Source of the DNA: Desulfobacterales bacterium
GTDB lineage: Bacteria; Desulfobacterota; Desulfobacteria; Desulfobacterales; JAQWFD01
Assembly: GCA_028704555.1 (NCBI GenBank)
Contig: JAQWFD010000001.1
Location: 69,401 to 133,400, forward strand
Direction of reading: 5' to 3'
Length of the DNA: 64,000 nucleotides
Position numbers and translations under genes: made by a program. The notes under the pieces were generated by a model. It ran no database searches. It was not told the DNA's origin and saw only the letters and a list, made by a program, of their open reading frames with translations. This document shows positions 22,394-35,323 of the stretch, in pieces (positions within the stretch are counted from its first letter, which is position 1; each line of letters begins with the position of its first letter).

Positions 22394-22544
22394 TTTTCTT
22401 CCCTCCCCTTATCGCGGGATCTATACCTATCTTTCTTCATCCGAAGCTGTCAATAGACACTGTAAACTCCAGCCTCCGGAATAGAAATATAACTATGAGT
22501 TTTGCCGCACCTGCTTAAAACAAATTACACACAGGACCGTATCG

Positions 22545-23015
22545 TTACCATCTGAAATGAGCAAATGCCTTGTTCGCATCAGCCATTTTGTGGGTATCTT
22601 CTTTCTTTTTAACAGAAGCCCCTCTGCTGTTTGCCGCATCCATGAATTCACCCGCCAGTTTCTGCGCCATGGTTTTTTCCGAACGCTTGCGCGCAAAGCC
22701 AATGATCCACCTTATGGCAAGCGCCGTTCTGCGGGATGTTCGAATTTCTGTTGGAACCTGATACGTAGATCCGCCAACTCGACGCGACTTAACCTCAATC
22801 AACGGCCTCACGTTGTCCACGGCAGTCTCAAAAAGTTTGACAACCGATTCTTTTGTCTTGTTCTCCATTATGTCAAAAGACTCGTATATTATCGATTCTG
22901 CAAGACTTTTCTTGCCATCCCGCATTATACATTTAACAAATCTCGTGACCATCTTGCTGTTATATTTGGCATCAGGCGCTATCGGTCGCTCAGTGATTTC
23001 TCTTCTTCTTGGCAT
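22545..23015 (-). CDS. rpsG: 30S ribosomal protein S7
   Basis: 156-aa ORF, MPRRREITERPIAPDAKYNS. Confidence 0.95.
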   Translation of the reverse strand: MPRRREITERPIAPDAKYNSKMVTRFVKCIMRDGKKSLAESIIYESFDIMENKTKESVVKLFETAVDNVRPLIEVKSRRVGGSTYQVPTEIRTSRRTALAIRWIIGFARKRSEKTMAQKLAGEFMDAANSRGASVKKKEDTHKMADANKAFAHFRW

Positions 23016-23084
23016 AGCTTACACCATTTCCCCGTTTTTATTCGTTCTACTCCTGATTTTATATTCTATCTGAGTACATACAGG

Positions 23085-23456
23085 TTATTTAGGCTTTTTG
23101 GACCCGTACTTGGATCTGCTCTGCTTACGGTCTTCAACCCCCAAGGTATCCAATGTCCCCCTGACGATATGATATCTGACACCCGGCAAATCCTTAACTC
23201 GACCACCTCTTACCATTACAACCGAATGCTCCTGAAGATTATGTCCAATCCCTGGAATATAAGCTGCAACCTCGACGCCGGATGTCAGCCTGACCCTGGC
23301 AACCTTGCGCAATGCCGAGTTCGGTTTTTTAGGAGTCGTCGTATAAACCCTGGTACACACGCCTCTTTTTTGCGGTGCGCCTTTCAGCGCTGGCGTATTA
23401 CTTTTCTTCTCGATTTGTTTCCTACCGTTCCTGACTAACTGGTTTATGGTCGGCAT
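23085..23456 (-). CDS. rpsL: 30S ribosomal protein S12
   Basis: 123-aa [17 protein letters not shown]...[16 protein letters not shown]. Confidence 0.95.
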   Translation of the reverse strand: MPTINQLVRNGRKQIEKKSNTPALKGAPQKRGVCTRVYTTTPKKPNSALRKVARVRLTSGVEVAAYIPGIGHNLQEHSVVMVRGGRVKDLPGVRYHIVRGTLDTLGVEDRKQSRSKYGSKKPK

Positions 23457-23750
23457 ATTATCCTCTTAATCCTGTGTTAATCCAAATCGCCATTAAATGT
23501 TAAAGTGTCGGCAAAAGACATGATTATTTATACATCTATAAGAACGTTGTCAAGCGATTTATGAAAAATTAATTAACTTCCACAATATCTCATACTTCAA
23601 ATTGATATTTTTATTGCCCTGTGTATTATCATGCAAAATATATTTTTTATTAAGCTATTCGTTCGAATTCAATGGGTTAGCCAATAAACATTTACACAGA
23701 GGCAATCATCTCCCGAAGGCAAAATCAGCCGGCTCTGTCGCCAGAGATGC

Positions 23751-26700
23751 CTAAGGCATCTGAATCGACACATCATTGTACTGGGCCATCCCTGTTCCAG
23801 CCGGAATAAGCCTGCCCATAATCACATTTTCCTTTAAGCCCCTCAAGGTATCTAAAGCCCCTTCGATACTAGCATCTGTTAAAACCTTGGTTGTCTCCTG
23901 AAACGAAGCTGCAGAAATAAAGCTGTCTGTACTCAGCGATGCTTTGGTTATACCGAGGATCAGAGGCTCTGCGGAAGCCGGTTTACCACCTTTTGCTATA
24001 ACCTCGCTGTTAACTTCTTCGAATGTGGTTTTATCTACCTGCTCATCAACTATAAAATCCGTATCACCCGCATCACGAACCTTTACTCTCCTCATCATCT
24101 GACGAACAATAACCTCAATATGTTTATCGTTGATGCGGACGCCCTGAAGCCGATAGACTTCCTGAACTTCATCAACCAGGTACTTGGCCAGAGACACCTC
24201 TCCTTTTATATTGAGGATGTCCTGCGGATTGGCGGCCCCCCCAATCAATGGATCACCCGCCCGGACATAGTCCCCTTCATAAACATTAATATGTTTGCCG
24301 CGAGGTATAAGATATTCTTTCTTTTCTCCGACCTCTGCAGGGGTAATCGTAACCTTTTGCTTACCTTTTTTAGTACTCTTCATAATAGAGACATACCCGT
24401 CAATCTCACTTAAAACGGTTGCCTCTTTCGGTTTTCTGATCTCGAACAGTTCAGCGACACGTGGCAAACCACCCGTAATATCCTTTGTTTTAGTAGTTGC
24501 CCTAGGAATCTTTGCAATGACATCTCCCGCCTTAACATCACTTCCATCTTCCACCATCAAAATAGCGTCCGTCGGAAGGATATAACGTGCCATCCCCGAT
24601 GAAGTTGGAAGTTTAAGCGTTTTACCATCAGCGCCCTTAATGGAGATTCTCGGCCTCACATCCGTACTTTTCGACTCGATTACCGTTCGACTTGACTTTC
24701 CGGTAACCGGATCCACTTTCTCCTGAATTGTTTTACCAAGGGAAATATCTCCAAATTTAACTATTCCACCGACCTCGGTAACAATAGGCGTCGTAAAGGG
24801 ATCCCACGTCGCCAGAAGGTCTCCTGACGAAACTTTCTGACCATCGGCGACATTCAGCCGGGCTCCGTAAATGACTGGAAACCGTTCACGTTCCCTGCCC
24901 GCCTCGCCAACAACGGCGAACTCCCCTCCACGACGATTCATGACCACAATCTGATTTTCCGCATTTTTGACGGTATTAAGATCTATATATTTTATGATTC
25001 CGTCAACACGGGCTTTAATATCAGCCTGCTCAACTCTCCGACTGGCGGTTCCTCCGATATGAAATGTCCGCATGGTCAACTGCGTACCCGGCTCACCAAT
25101 CGATTGAGCGGCCAATATGCCCACGGCCTGACCGATTTCCACCCGAGCCCCGTGAGACAAATCACGTCCGTAACATTTAGTACATACGCCATATTTCGAT
25201 TTACATGTCAGTACAGAACGTATCTTAACGGTTGAGATTCCGAGTTCTTCAATTTTTTCGGCAAGGTTCTCATCAATTTCCTGACCGGCTCTGACAAGAA
25301 TTTCATCGGTAAATGGATCGAGTATATCTTCAACGGACACTCGACCGAGAATTCTTTCTCCTATCCGCTGAATAATTTCTCCACCCTCCATCAGAGGCTC
25401 AACCTCAACACCGAGCATGGTTCCGCAATCTTTTTCCATTACGATACAATCCTGAGCCACATCGGCAAGCCGTCGCGTCAGATAACCTGAGTTGGCTGTT
25501 TTTAAAGCGGTATCCGCCAGACCCTTTCTGGCACCGTGCGTGGAAATGAAATACTGCAAAACGGAAAGACCTTCCCGGAAATTCGCCGTAATCGGCGTTT
25601 CGATGATTTCACCGGAAGGTTTGGCCATCAACCCCCTCATTCCGGCCAGCTGCCGCATCTGATCTTTGCTCCCCCTGGCTCCGGAATCCGCCATCATATA
25701 GATGGAATTCAGATTACCTTTAAGCGGCGATCCGGATGCCGCTGTTTTATCATCGCCTTCGGAAGCCGGAGTCATCTTCATGGCCTCCATCATTTCATTT
25801 GCCACATCATCTGTTGCTTTTGCCCAGATATCGACAACTTTGTTATATTTTTCTCCCTGGGTAATCAGACCCTCGGTATACTGCCGGTTGATCTCGGTTA
25901 CCTGCTTTTCGGCGGTCGCCAGTATTTCAGTCTTGGCCTCCGGAATAATCATCGCGTCAATGGATATAGACAACCCACCGATAGTGGAATACTTATATCC
26001 GATATCTTTTAACCGATCCGCCAGTATGACCGTTGCCTTGGCCCCTAAATTCCGGTAAGCATAGTCCACAAGATCGCGTAATGCTTTTTTATCCATTAAG
26101 TTATTAATAATGTGAAACGGAATTTCCGGACGTTTGTTGACCACCTCAAACAAATGATACCCTTCATCAGCAACAAGGATACCGCTGACCTGATTCTTTT
26201 TCAGAGAAAAAACGCTGTCCGTCTCCTCCCCTGAAAAATCGAAAATTCTCTGGAACTCATCTTTTCTCAACAAACCGAGTTTACCGCCAAATTCTTTATC
26301 CGGGCTGATAGAATATTTATCCACAAGATCTTTAAAAGCGATACCGGATTCCAGCTCATCAAGCAGCGCCTCGGCCTCTTTACGGGTTCCTGTCTGAACA
26401 TGGCGCATTTCTATAACCGTATCTTTAGGAATAATTTCCCATAAAATAATACGGCCAACTGTGGTTTGAACCCTTTCACCGTATATTCGGACTATAATTT
26501 TGGCATGTAAATCAACAGCTTCTGCATCATATGCGGATCTGACCTCTCCTACATTGGAAAATATTTTTCCTTCACCAGTTAGGCCTTCAACCTCTCGGGT
26601 CATGTAATATATCCCCAGCACGATATCCTGTGTCGGCACTATAATAGGAGACCCATTCGCTGGGGACAGAATGTTGTTGCTTGACAGCATCAGGACGCGG

Positions 26701-28139
26701 GCTTCGATCTGAGACTCAACAGACAATGGGATATGAACCGCCATCTGGTCACCATCAAAGTCGGCATTAAAAGCCGTACACACCAGTGGATGAAGCTGAA
26801 TGGCTTTTCCTTCAATCAGCGTCGGTTCAAACGCCTGAATACCCAGGCGATGAAGCGTGGGAGCCCGGTTGAGAAGGACAGGGTATTCTCTAACCACTTC
26901 ATCCAGAGTATCCCACACTTCCGGTGTTTCACGCTCTACAAGCTTTTTTGCACTTTTTACGGTTGATACAAGCCCTTTTTGCTCCAGCCGGTAATATAAA
27001 AAAGGCTTGAACAATTCGAGTGCCATCTTTTTCGGAAGCCCGCATTGATGCAGCCTGAGATTTGGCCCGACCGTAATAACCGTTCGTCCGGAATAATCAA
27101 CTCGTTTACCCAGCAAGTTCTGGCGAAATCGCCCCTGCTTTCCTTTCAATGTATCACTCAGAGATTTCAGGGGACGTTTGTTGGTCCCGGTAATAACTCT
27201 TCCATGCCTGCCATTATCAAACAGCACATCAACCGATTCCTGAAGCATCCGTTTTTCATTTCGAACGATGATATCGGGTGCTTTTAAATCCATCAATCGT
27301 TTAAGTCTGTTATTCCGATTAATAACCCGGCGATAAAGATCATTGAGATCAGAGGTGGCAAACCGGCCGCCTTCAAGCGGAACCAACGGACGTAAATCCG
27401 GGGGCAATACGGGAATGACATCCATGATCATCCATACGGGATTGACTCCGGACCGGCACAATGCATCAACAATTTTCAATCGTTTTGCAAGTTTTTTACG
27501 TTTGGTCTCAGATGACGTTGTATTGATATCTTCCCTGAGTTCTTTATAAATCTCTTTCAGGTCCAGATTTTCGAGCATGCTTTTGACAGCTTCTGCTCCG
27601 ATGCCAACCTCGAATTTCGGCCCATAGAGTTCCAGCGCCTCGTGATATTTTTCATCGGACAAAAGCTGGAATTTCGCCAGGGGCGTATCTTTTGGATCCA
27701 AAACGACATAGCAGTCGAAATAAAGAATTTTCTCCATGCTCTTGAGCGTCATATCGAGCAGGTTGCCAATTTTACTTGGCAGACTTTTCAAAAACCATAT
27801 ATGAGCAGCGGGAGTGGCAAGTTCGATATGCCCCATCCGTTCCCTTCGAACCTTTGACTGTATGACTTCAACACCGCATTTTTCGCAGATTACTCCACGG
27901 TGTTTCATCCGTTTATATTTTCCGCAATTACATTCGTAATCCTTCGTTGGTCCGAAAATCTTGGCGCAAAACAGCCCATCACGCTCCGGCTTGAAGGTTC
28001 TGTAGTTAATCGTCTCCGGTTTTTTTATCTCCCCATGAGACCATTCCAGAATCTTCTCAGATGATGCCAAAGCAATCTTAACAGCCTTATAAAGTTTTGG
28101 GTCAATAGGTTTGGCGAAGAAATCGTATAATGTTTCCAA
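23751..28139 (-). CDS. rpoC: DNA-directed RNA polymerase subunit beta-prime, with extra parvulin-like segment
   Basis: 1462-aa ORF. N-terminal Zn site [20 protein letters not shown], catalytic NADFDGDQM at aa 458-466, SI3-like trigger-loop insert. About 100 additional residues (aa ~574-672) are absent from the E. coli alignment as I recall it. Confidence 0.97.
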   Translation of the reverse strand: METLYDFFAKPIDPKLYKAVKIALASSEKILEWSHGEIKKPETINYRTFKPERDGLFCAKIFGPTKDYECNCGKYKRMKHRGVICEKCGVEVIQSKVRRERMGHIELATPAAHIWFLKSLPSKIGNLLDMTLKSMEKILYFDCYVVLDPKDTPLAKFQLLSDEKYHEALELYGPKFEVGIGAEAVKSMLENLDLKEIYKELREDINTTSSETKRKKLAKRLKIVDALCRSGVNPVWMIMDVIPVLPPDLRPLVPLEGGRFATSDLNDLYRRVINRNNRLKRLMDLKAPDIIVRNEKRMLQESVDVLFDNGRHGRVITGTNKRPLKSLSDTLKGKQGRFRQNLLGKRVDYSGRTVITVGPNLRLHQCGLPKKMALELFKPFLYYRLEQKGLVSTVKSAKKLVERETPEVWDTLDEVVREYPVLLNRAPTLHRLGIQAFEPTLIEGKAIQLHPLVCTAFNADFDGDQMAVHIPLSVESQIEARVLMLSSNNILSPANGSPIIVPTQDIVLGIYYMTREVEGLTGEGKIFSNVGEVRSAYDAEAVDLHAKIIVRIYGERVQTTVGRIILWEIIPKDTVIEMRHVQTGTRKEAEALLDELESGIAFKDLVDKYSISPDKEFGGKLGLLRKDEFQRIFDFSGEETDSVFSLKKNQVSGILVADEGYHLFEVVNKRPEIPFHIINNLMDKKALRDLVDYAYRNLGAKATVILADRLKDIGYKYSTIGGLSISIDAMIIPEAKTEILATAEKQVTEINRQYTEGLITQGEKYNKVVDIWAKATDDVANEMMEAMKMTPASEGDDKTAASGSPLKGNLNSIYMMADSGARGSKDQMRQLAGMRGLMAKPSGEIIETPITANFREGLSVLQYFISTHGARKGLADTALKTANSGYLTRRLADVAQDCIVMEKDCGTMLGVEVEPLMEGGEIIQRIGERILGRVSVEDILDPFTDEILVRAGQEIDENLAEKIEELGISTVKIRSVLTCKSKYGVCTKCYGRDLSHGARVEIGQAVGILAAQSIGEPGTQLTMRTFHIGGTASRRVEQADIKARVDGIIKYIDLNTVKNAENQIVVMNRRGGEFAVVGEAGRERERFPVIYGARLNVADGQKVSSGDLLATWDPFTTPIVTEVGGIVKFGDISLGKTIQEKVDPVTGKSSRTVIESKSTDVRPRISIKGADGKTLKLPTSSGMARYILPTDAILMVEDGSDVKAGDVIAKIPRATTKTKDITGGLPRVAELFEIRKPKEATVLSEIDGYVSIMKSTKKGKQKVTITPAEVGEKKEYLIPRGKHINVYEGDYVRAGDPLIGGAANPQDILNIKGEVSLAKYLVDEVQEVYRLQGVRINDKHIEVIVRQMMRRVKVRDAGDTDFIVDEQVDKTTFEEVNSEVIAKGGKPASAEPLILGITKASLSTDSFISAASFQETTKVLTDASIEGALDTLRGLKENVIMGRLIPAGTGMAQYNDVSIQMP

Positions 28140-28153
28140 GTTCTTCTCCTTAA

Positions 28154-31100
28154 TTATTTATCACCTTCAATGAGGGTTAAATCCAATCCTAGGCTCTGCA
28201 ATTCTTTTGTCAAAACTCTAAATGACTCAGGCATACCGGGTTCGAGCACATTTTGGCCTTTTACAATTTTTTCATACATACGGGTTCTTCCGACCATATC
28301 ATCGGATTTTACCGTCAAAAATTCCTGAAGCGCATGAGCAGCCCCATAAGCTTCCATAGCCCAGACTTCCATTTCTCCAAGTCGCTGGCCGCCGAATTGT
28401 GCTTTCCCTCCAAGAGGCTGCTGGGTTACGAGAGAATACGGTCCAATTGATCTGGCATGAATTTTATCGTCAACCAGATGATGCAGTTTTAGCATATACA
28501 TCGTACCAACCGTAATCTTTCCCTTAAAAGGCTCACCCGTTCGCCCGTCATACAATGTGGTTTGTCCTGAGGTATCTAGCCCTGCTTCTTTTAAAAGGGC
28601 CTTAATTTCAGATTCTTTGGCTCCATCAAAAACCGGAGTAGCCATAACAACGCCGTTTTTATAATTGCCGGCAAATCTGCTAAGTTGTTCATCATCCATA
28701 TTTCCAAGGGACAAATCCGTATCGGAAAATATTTTATTAAGCTTTTCGCGAAGCAGGGTCGTATTGTGTTCTTCAAGAAGGGTGGTGATCTGATCACCAA
28801 GTACTTTTGCCGCTCTTCCCAAATGGATTTCAAGCACCTGGCCGACATTCATTCGGGACGGGACTCCAAGCGGATTGAGAACCATGTCAACCGGTTTACC
28901 ATCTCCGAAATACGGCAGATCTTCGACAGGCAGAATCCTGGAAACAACCCCTTTATTTCCGTGTCGACCGGCCATCTTATCACCCACAGAAAGTTTTCTT
29001 TTCATGGCGACATATACTTTGACCATTTTTATAACGCCGGGAGGAAGATCATCTCCTTTTTCATAACGACTGACCTGATGTTCAAACTCAATGCGGCATC
29101 GATCCCGCTGCTCTTTAAAAAAATCAAGAATCTCGTACAATTTTTCATTTATTTGAGAATCTTTCAACACAACAGCTTCAAATTGAACCAGCGGAACTGC
29201 ATCGATGGCTTCGGCGGTAAGCTCCTGCCCTTTGGTAATCAGAGTTGTTTTGCCCTTTTTCAAGGCGATGTTGCTTACCTGACCGAGAAGAAGTGATTTC
29301 AGACGAGTTCTTACCATCTCTTCGAGAATAGTTATCTCATCATCCCGATTCTTCTCAAATATGGCGATCTCTTCATCTTCTATATTTCTGGTTCGATCGT
29401 CCTTCTCAATTCCTCTGCGCGAAAACACTTTAGCATCAATGACGATTCCCTCAACCCCGGGGGGAACCCGAAGGGACGAATCTTTGACATCTCCTGCCTT
29501 TTCGCCAAAAATTGCCCTTAAAAGTTTTTCTTCCGGAGAAAGCTGCGTTTCGCCTTTGGGAGTTATTTTTCCGACAAGAACATCGCCTGGCCGAACTTCG
29601 GCGCCTAAGCGGATAATCCCGCTGTCATCTAAGTTTTTCAATGCCTCATCGCCGACGTTTGGAATATCGCGGGTAATCTCTTCCTTACCTAATTTTGTAT
29701 CCCGGGATACGACTTCAAATTCTTCGATATGAACTGATGTATAAACACCATCTCGGACAAGTCGTTCGCTGACAAGAATGGAATCTTCATAATTATACCC
29801 CCCCCATGGCATAAATGCAACTGTAACATTTTTACCCAGCGCAAGTTCCCCTTTTTCTGTTGCCGGACCGTCTGCGATGATCTCACCGGCTTTGACAAGT
29901 TGGCCTTTTTGAACGATAGGCCGCTGATTGAAACATGTATTCTGATTGGATCGTTTAAATTTTGACAGATTATAAATCGTAACATTTCGCCCGGATAATT
30001 CCTCAGTCGAATCGTGCTTCAACACAATTCGAGAGGCATCCACATCAACGATCGTTCCGTCAACGTCAGCGACAATCGTAACACCGGAGTCCTTTGCCAC
30101 AATGGACTCTATACCGGTACCAACTAACGGGGCTTCACTCATAATTAACGGAACCGCCTGCCGCTGCATGTTCGATCCCATCAATGCCCGGTTCGCATCA
30201 TCATTTTCAAGAAACGGAATCAATGATGCAGACACGCTCACCAGCTGATTCGGAGAAATATCCATCAATTCGATATTTTCCCGTTCAACCATCATAAACT
30301 CCCCTGCCACACGAGACGTAACCATTTCGTTTGTATAATGGCCTGCAGCATCAACCGGTGCATTTGCCTGTGCGATAGGATGCTGCTTTTCTTCAAACGC
30401 GCTGAGAAATTTCACCTCATTGGTCAGAACCGCATCTTTTACCACCCGGTATGGTGTTTCTATAAATCCGAAATCATTTACGCGGGCATATGTACTCAAA
30501 GATACAATAAGACCGATGTTAGGTCCTTCAGGGGTTTCAATAGGACAAATCCTTCCATAGTGGGATGGATGAACGTCCCGAACCTCAAAACCCGCCCGTT
30601 CGCGGGTAAGCCCGCCGGGTCCGAGCGCACTGAGCCGCCTTTTATGTGTTGTCTCTGAAAGCGGATTGGTCTGATCCATGAACTGGCTAAGCTGGCTGGT
30701 TCCAAAAAATTCTTTAACAACAGCAGAAACAGGTTTGGGATTAACCAGATCATGCGGCATTAACGCATCAACTTCCTGCAAACTCATCCGTTCTTTGATC
30801 GCACGTTCCATCCGTACCAGGCCAATTCGATAATGATTTTCAAGCAGCTCGCCAACCGCCCTCACACGCCGGTTACCCAGATGGTCGATATCGTCAACAG
30901 GGCCCTGAGTATCTTTCAGTACGACCAGTGTTTTGGCCGTCAGCAATATATCTTCTTTTCTTAAGGTGGTGACATTAACCGGCGTCTCGATACCGAGTCG
31001 AAGGTTGATCTTCAAACGCCCGACACCGGATAAATCATAATACGCCGTTTTAAAGAACAGGTGATCCAGAAATTCCTGCGCGACCTCAGGAGTTGCAGGA

Positions 31101-32245
31101 TTACCGGGCCTGAGTCGTCTATAGATATCCAGAAGGGCCTCTTCCTTCGTAGCAACCTTATCCAGCATCAAGGTTTTATGTATTGAATCGCTGCTGGATA
31201 CGTCATCAATGAAAATAATCTCAAACTCATTGATACCGTTTTTTTTCAATTTTCCGATTACTTCATCACTGACGATATCATTTGCATTGACTATTGGAGA
31301 GCCGGTTTCTGAATCAACGATCCTGTAGGCAAAAATGCAGTTGAACAAATCGATCTCATCGATGGGTATGAGGCGAATATCCAGTTCCCTCATCTGACGA
31401 ATTGACCGCTGGGTAAACATCCGACCTTTTTTTAAAATCACCTCACCCGTTTGAGGGTCACAAATATCCAACGAGGAACGTCGGCCCTTTAAAAGGTTTT
31501 CATCCAGCTGTCTGTAATAAGTACTGCCCTGAATAATAATTTTTTCGGTTTTATAGAAATAAGAAAGGATATCTTCAGTCGAATATCCGAAAGCTTTAAA
31601 CAGCAACGTCACAGGAAATTTCCGGCGTCTGTCTATCCGGATATATACGATCCCCTTTGGATCTATTTCCATATCTATCCACGAGCCGCGTACCGGTATA
31701 ATCCTTGACGTATAAATTATTTTTCCGCTTGAATGGGTTTTTCCTTTATCATGATCAAAAAAAACACCCGAAGAACGATGAAGCTGGCTAACCACTGCCC
31801 TTTCAGTACCATTGATAATAAAAGTTCCTCTTCGCGTCATCAAAGGAATCGTTCCAAAATATATTTCCTGCTCTTTAATATCACGAATATTGGAGGTTCC
31901 GGCCTCTTTATCTACATCGTACACAACCAGTCTGACAGTAATCCGTACTGGCAATTCATAGGTCATTCCACGACTTACACATTCTTCAACACTATGTTTA
32001 ACTTCACCGAATCGATAGGACACGAATTCCAGAGAAGCACTTCCTGTAAAATCCTTAATGGGAAATACAGATTTAAAAACGGTCTGCAGACCTATATCTT
32101 CCCGCTTCGCGGGTGGAACATCAATCTGAAGGAATCGCCTGTACGATTCGCGCTGTACTCCGATCAGGTTGGGAATTGCAACTATCTTTTCAATTTTGCC
32201 GAAGTTTTTTCTTATACGCTTATTTGCCAACGGCCTTATCGACAT
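28154..32245 (-). CDS. rpoB: DNA-directed RNA polymerase subunit beta
   Basis: 1363-aa ORF. Rif-cluster block [34 protein letters not shown] and C-terminal [21 protein letters not shown]. Confidence 0.97.
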   Translation of the reverse strand: MSIRPLANKRIRKNFGKIEKIVAIPNLIGVQRESYRRFLQIDVPPAKREDIGLQTVFKSVFPIKDFTGSASLEFVSYRFGEVKHSVEECVSRGMTYELPVRITVRLVVYDVDKEAGTSNIRDIKEQEIYFGTIPLMTRRGTFIINGTERAVVSQLHRSSGVFFDHDKGKTHSSGKIIYTSRIIPVRGSWIDMEIDPKGIVYIRIDRRRKFPVTLLFKAFGYSTEDILSYFYKTEKIIIQGSTYYRQLDENLLKGRRSSLDICDPQTGEVILKKGRMFTQRSIRQMRELDIRLIPIDEIDLFNCIFAYRIVDSETGSPIVNANDIVSDEVIGKLKKNGINEFEIIFIDDVSSSDSIHKTLMLDKVATKEEALLDIYRRLRPGNPATPEVAQEFLDHLFFKTAYYDLSGVGRLKINLRLGIETPVNVTTLRKEDILLTAKTLVVLKDTQGPVDDIDHLGNRRVRAVGELLENHYRIGLVRMERAIKERMSLQEVDALMPHDLVNPKPVSAVVKEFFGTSQLSQFMDQTNPLSETTHKRRLSALGPGGLTRERAGFEVRDVHPSHYGRICPIETPEGPNIGLIVSLSTYARVNDFGFIETPYRVVKDAVLTNEVKFLSAFEEKQHPIAQANAPVDAAGHYTNEMVTSRVAGEFMMVERENIELMDISPNQLVSVSASLIPFLENDDANRALMGSNMQRQAVPLIMSEAPLVGTGIESIVAKDSGVTIVADVDGTIVDVDASRIVLKHDSTEELSGRNVTIYNLSKFKRSNQNTCFNQRPIVQKGQLVKAGEIIADGPATEKGELALGKNVTVAFMPWGGYNYEDSILVSERLVRDGVYTSVHIEEFEVVSRDTKLGKEEITRDIPNVGDEALKNLDDSGIIRLGAEVRPGDVLVGKITPKGETQLSPEEKLLRAIFGEKAGDVKDSSLRVPPGVEGIVIDAKVFSRRGIEKDDRTRNIEDEEIAIFEKNRDDEITILEEMVRTRLKSLLLGQVSNIALKKGKTTLITKGQELTAEAIDAVPLVQFEAVVLKDSQINEKLYEILDFFKEQRDRCRIEFEHQVSRYEKGDDLPPGVIKMVKVYVAMKRKLSVGDKMAGRHGNKGVVSRILPVEDLPYFGDGKPVDMVLNPLGVPSRMNVGQVLEIHLGRAAKVLGDQITTLLEEHNTTLLREKLNKIFSDTDLSLGNMDDEQLSRFAGNYKNGVVMATPVFDGAKESEIKALLKEAGLDTSGQTTLYDGRTGEPFKGKITVGTMYMLKLHHLVDDKIHARSIGPYSLVTQQPLGGKAQFGGQRLGEMEVWAMEAYGAAHALQEFLTVKSDDMVGRTRMYEKIVKGQNVLEPGMPESFRVLTKELQSLGLDLTLIEGDK

Positions 32246-32399
32246 GGCATCTCCAATTTACATTATATTTTACTATATCCGAGAAAACAGATTGAAGGGC
32301 ATAGCCCTTCAATCTGTTTTCTCGTCACAAAATATCAATAGATATTTGCTGTTTTCCATTTATTTCAGATCGTATTTCACATCATTTTGGTAAAACAAA

Positions 32400-32777
32400 C
32401 TATTTCAATTCGACCTGAGCACCGGCAGCTTCGAGCTGTGCCTTGAATTTTTCGGCTTCTTCTTTGGTTACAGCTTCCTTAACCGCTTTGGGTGCACCAT
32501 CAACCAGATCTTTAGCATCTTTCAATCCAAGGCCCGTAATCGCTCTGACTTCCTTAATGACCTGAATTTTTTTATCACCCGCTGCTGTCAGAACAACATC
32601 GAATTCAGTTTTCTCTTCTGCGGCTGCTGCCTCTGCCGGAGCAGCTGCCATCATAGCAACAGGAGCGGCTGCTGACACACCAAATTTATTTTCTAACTCC
32701 TTAACGAGTTCAGACAAGTCGAGTACTGACATATTTGCAATAAATTCAATCAAATCTTCTTTAGTTATATCTGCCAT
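32400..32777 (-). CDS. rplL: 50S ribosomal protein L7/L12
   Basis: ORF track 32400..32900 trimmed to ATG 32777 ([34 protein letters not shown], Ala-rich hinge, ...AGAQVELK), 125 aa. Confidence 0.93.
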   Translation of the reverse strand: MADITKEDLIEFIANMSVLDLSELVKELENKFGVSAAAPVAMMAAAPAEAAAAEEKTEFDVVLTAAGDKKIQVIKEVRAITGLGLKDAKDLVDGAPKAVKEAVTKEEAEKFKAQLEAAGAQVELK

Positions 32778-32859
32778 TTTATTTATCCTCCAACGAAGTC
32801 CTTCGCGATGTTGAATTGCGCATTCGCAATACGATGTTGATTTTTTATAAACAAGTTTA

Positions 32860-33381
32860 TCAGGCCGCTTCTTTTTGATCCTTGATTGCCTGAAGTACAT
32901 TTAACAATTTTTGAGGAATAGCATTGAGGGTTCTTACGAATCCGGCGGGCACAGCATTCATGGTTGATAGTAACTGACCCAGCAAAACTTCTCTTGACGG
33001 CAATAAAGATAATGATTTAATCGCAACGGCATCAAGTACCTTGCCGTTCATAACACCCACCTTAACTTCCAGCTTTGCATTCTCTTTTGCGAAAGACATT
33101 AATATTTTAGCAGGTGCGACAGGATCATCATAGCTGAGAGCAATTCCACTTGGCCCCTTGAAATTATCTGATATAACAGCGACATCAGTGTTTTCAGCAG
33201 CTCTGACCATAAGCGTATTTTTTACGACCTTATAATCAATGCCAGATTCTCTGAGTTGACGGCGCATTTTAGTAATCGCGGATACATCAAGGCCCTTATA
33301 ATCTGTCAGGATTACTACCTTGGATCTTTTAAATTTTTCATGCAGATCCGTAACAATTTGTTGCTTTTCGGATAGAAACAT
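32860..33381 (-). CDS. rplJ: 50S ribosomal protein L10
   Basis: 173-aa ORF at the L10 position. The 222-nt untranslated gap upstream (33382-33603) is where an rplJ leader normally lies; I could not verify its structure. Confidence 0.93.
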   Translation of the reverse strand: MFLSEKQQIVTDLHEKFKRSKVVILTDYKGLDVSAITKMRRQLRESGIDYKVVKNTLMVRAAENTDVAVISDNFKGPSGIALSYDDPVAPAKILMSFAKENAKLEVKVGVMNGKVLDAVAIKSLSLLPSREVLLGQLLSTMNAVPAGFVRTLNAIPQKLLNVLQAIKDQKEAA

Positions 33382-33603
33382 ATATACACCTCCTTCCTTT
33401 TTTTCTGTAAAGACCCGGAGGCATCAACATACCAGAACCGCTGTCTCTTTAGGCAGGCAACGCCAATTAAACACGCAATCGTGCACCTAAGGTCTTTGAC
33501 AGGAATATGTATTAGACAATGGCTAAAATTGATTAGAAATCAGTTTTTTTTTTGATTTGATAACCAGAAGTTATTCAATAGAGAATTAATGGACAGCCCA
33601 TCT

Positions 33604-34308
33604 TTATTTTAGAAAATCCTTCACGTATGCCGGATCAATTTTTACGCCGGGCCCCATGGTTGTGGAGACAGCAATACTTTTAAAATAGGTCCCCTTGCTT
33701 GAAGCCGGCTTCAACTTCACAATGACTTCTAAAAAGGCGGTCATATTCTGTAAAATTTTTTCAACTCCGAATGACACTTTTCCCATGGGCACATGGACAA
33801 TGCCGGCTTTTTCCGCTCTGAAATCAATTTTTCCAGCCTTCAGTTCCTGAACGACTTTGGCGATATCGAAGGTAACTGTCCCTGTTTTGGCATTCGGCAT
33901 CAGGCCTCTAGGCCCCAGGAGACGTCCGATTTTGCCTACGGTACCCATCATATCAGGTGTAGCAACGGCTTTGTCAAAATCAAACCATCCGTCTTTTATC
34001 TTATCGACCAAGTCGTCATTTCCAACAAAATCAGCATTTGCATCAAGCGCTTCTTTTTCCTTCTCACCCTTTGCAAAAACAAGCACCCGCACTTCTTTTC
34101 CGAGACCGTTAGGCAATACAACGGTTCCCCGTACCATCTGATCAGCATGACGGGGGTCTACACCCAACCGCACAGCTACATCGACAGTCTCATCAAATTT
34201 TGCATAAGAAGCATCAATCGCTTTTTTCACACCCTCAGATAAATTAAGCTTTTCCTGGGCGTTTATATTTTTTGTAGCCTCTAAATATTTTTTACCCCGC
34301 TTAGGCAT
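33604..34308 (-). CDS. rplA: 50S ribosomal protein L1
   Basis: 234-aa [14 protein letters not shown]...[24 protein letters not shown]. Confidence 0.95.
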   Translation of the reverse strand: MPKRGKKYLEATKNINAQEKLNLSEGVKKAIDASYAKFDETVDVAVRLGVDPRHADQMVRGTVVLPNGLGKEVRVLVFAKGEKEKEALDANADFVGNDDLVDKIKDGWFDFDKAVATPDMMGTVGKIGRLLGPRGLMPNAKTGTVTFDIAKVVQELKAGKIDFRAEKAGIVHVPMGKVSFGVEKILQNMTAFLEVIVKLKPASSKGTYFKSIAVSTTMGPGVKIDPAYVKDFLK

Positions 34309-34333
34309 TTGCTTTACTCACTCCTTTTTTTCT

Positions 34334-34756
34334 TTAAACGACCTCGATCCCCATACTTCTTGCGGTTCCCGCAACGATTCTGCAGGCGGCTTCTATGTCA
34401 TTGGCGTTCAAATCAACCAATTTCAGTCTGGCAATTTCTTCAACCTGCTGCCGGGTTACTTTACCAACTTTATCACGTTTTGGATCCGAAGCACCCTTAG
34501 CAATTTTGGCCGTTTTTTTCAAAAGAACAGCGGCAGGTGGCGTTTTGGTAACAAATGTAAAGGTGCGGTCCTGATAAACCGTAATCACGACAGGAATAAT
34601 CATCCCTGCCTCATTTGCTGTCTTGGCATTAAATGCCTTGCAAAAATCCATTATATTGACGCCATGCTGGCCCAGGGCAGGTCCAATTGGAGGCGACGGA
34701 TTGGCTTTACCGGCCTCAACCTGCAATTTTATTTGTACAATTACTTTTTTTGCCAT
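34334..34756 (-). CDS. rplK: 50S ribosomal protein L11
   Basis: 140-aa [39 protein letters not shown]. Confidence 0.95.
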   Translation of the reverse strand: MAKKVIVQIKLQVEAGKANPSPPIGPALGQHGVNIMDFCKAFNAKTANEAGMIIPVVITVYQDRTFTFVTKTPPAAVLLKKTAKIAKGASDPKRDKVGKVTRQQVEEIARLKLVDLNANDIEAACRIVAGTARSMGIEVV

Positions 34757-34774
34757 ATGAATATTCTCCCGAAA

Positions 34775-35305
34775 TTATAACTTTGTCACCTGTACAAAAT
34801 CTAATTCAACCGGTGTTGATCGGCCGAATATACTTACCAACACCTTAATTTTGCCTTTTTCCTGATTGACCTCTTCAACGGTTCCATTAAAATTTGTAAA
34901 GGGGCCGTCAATAACACGAATCTCATCGCCCGTCTCAAAAAAGAATTTCGGTTTGGGTTTGAGTTTCCCAGCCTCCATCCGCTTTAATATATGTTCTGCT
35001 TCTGAATCGGAAATAGGGGCAGGCTTATTCTTTCCGCCCAAAAAGCCTGTCACTTTTGCTGTATCGCTGACGATATGCCATGTTTCATCATCCAGATCCA
35101 TTCGTACCAGAATATATCCCGGATAAAATTTTCGAGACGAGGTTTTTCTTCTGCCCTTTACCAGCTCAACTATCTGCTCGGTTGGAACAATCACCTCACC
35201 GAATTTTTCAGGTTTTTTTGATAAAGCTATTCGCTCTTCCAGCGCGGCTTTCACCTTACCTTCATAGCCTGAATATACATGAACTATATACCACTTAAGA
35301 GGCAC
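34775..35305 (-). CDS. nusG: transcription termination/antitermination factor NusG
   Basis: 176-aa ORF. NGN domain ([12 protein letters not shown]) plus C-terminal KOW ([21 protein letters not shown]). Confidence 0.95.
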   Translation of the reverse strand: MPLKWYIVHVYSGYEGKVKAALEERIALSKKPEKFGEVIVPTEQIVELVKGRRKTSSRKFYPGYILVRMDLDDETWHIVSDTAKVTGFLGGKNKPAPISDSEAEHILKRMEAGKLKPKPKFFFETGDEIRVIDGPFTNFNGTVEEVNQEKGKIKVLVSIFGRSTPVELDFVQVTKL

Positions 35306-35323
35306 TTTCAGTTCTCCCTATTT

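Noticed and set aside
21425-22456. 343-aa plus-strand ORF (and its twin at 36319..37398, 359 aa), plus nested ORFs, opposite tuf
   Set aside because: They lie entirely antisense to the unmistakable EF-Tu genes. Their composition is low-complexity and Ser/Arg/Leu-rich, typical of shadow ORFs in highly expressed GC3-biased genes.
22557-23438. 293-aa plus-strand ORF across rpsG-rpsL
   Set aside because: Spans two ribosomal protein genes and their spacer on the opposite strand, so it is a shadow ORF.
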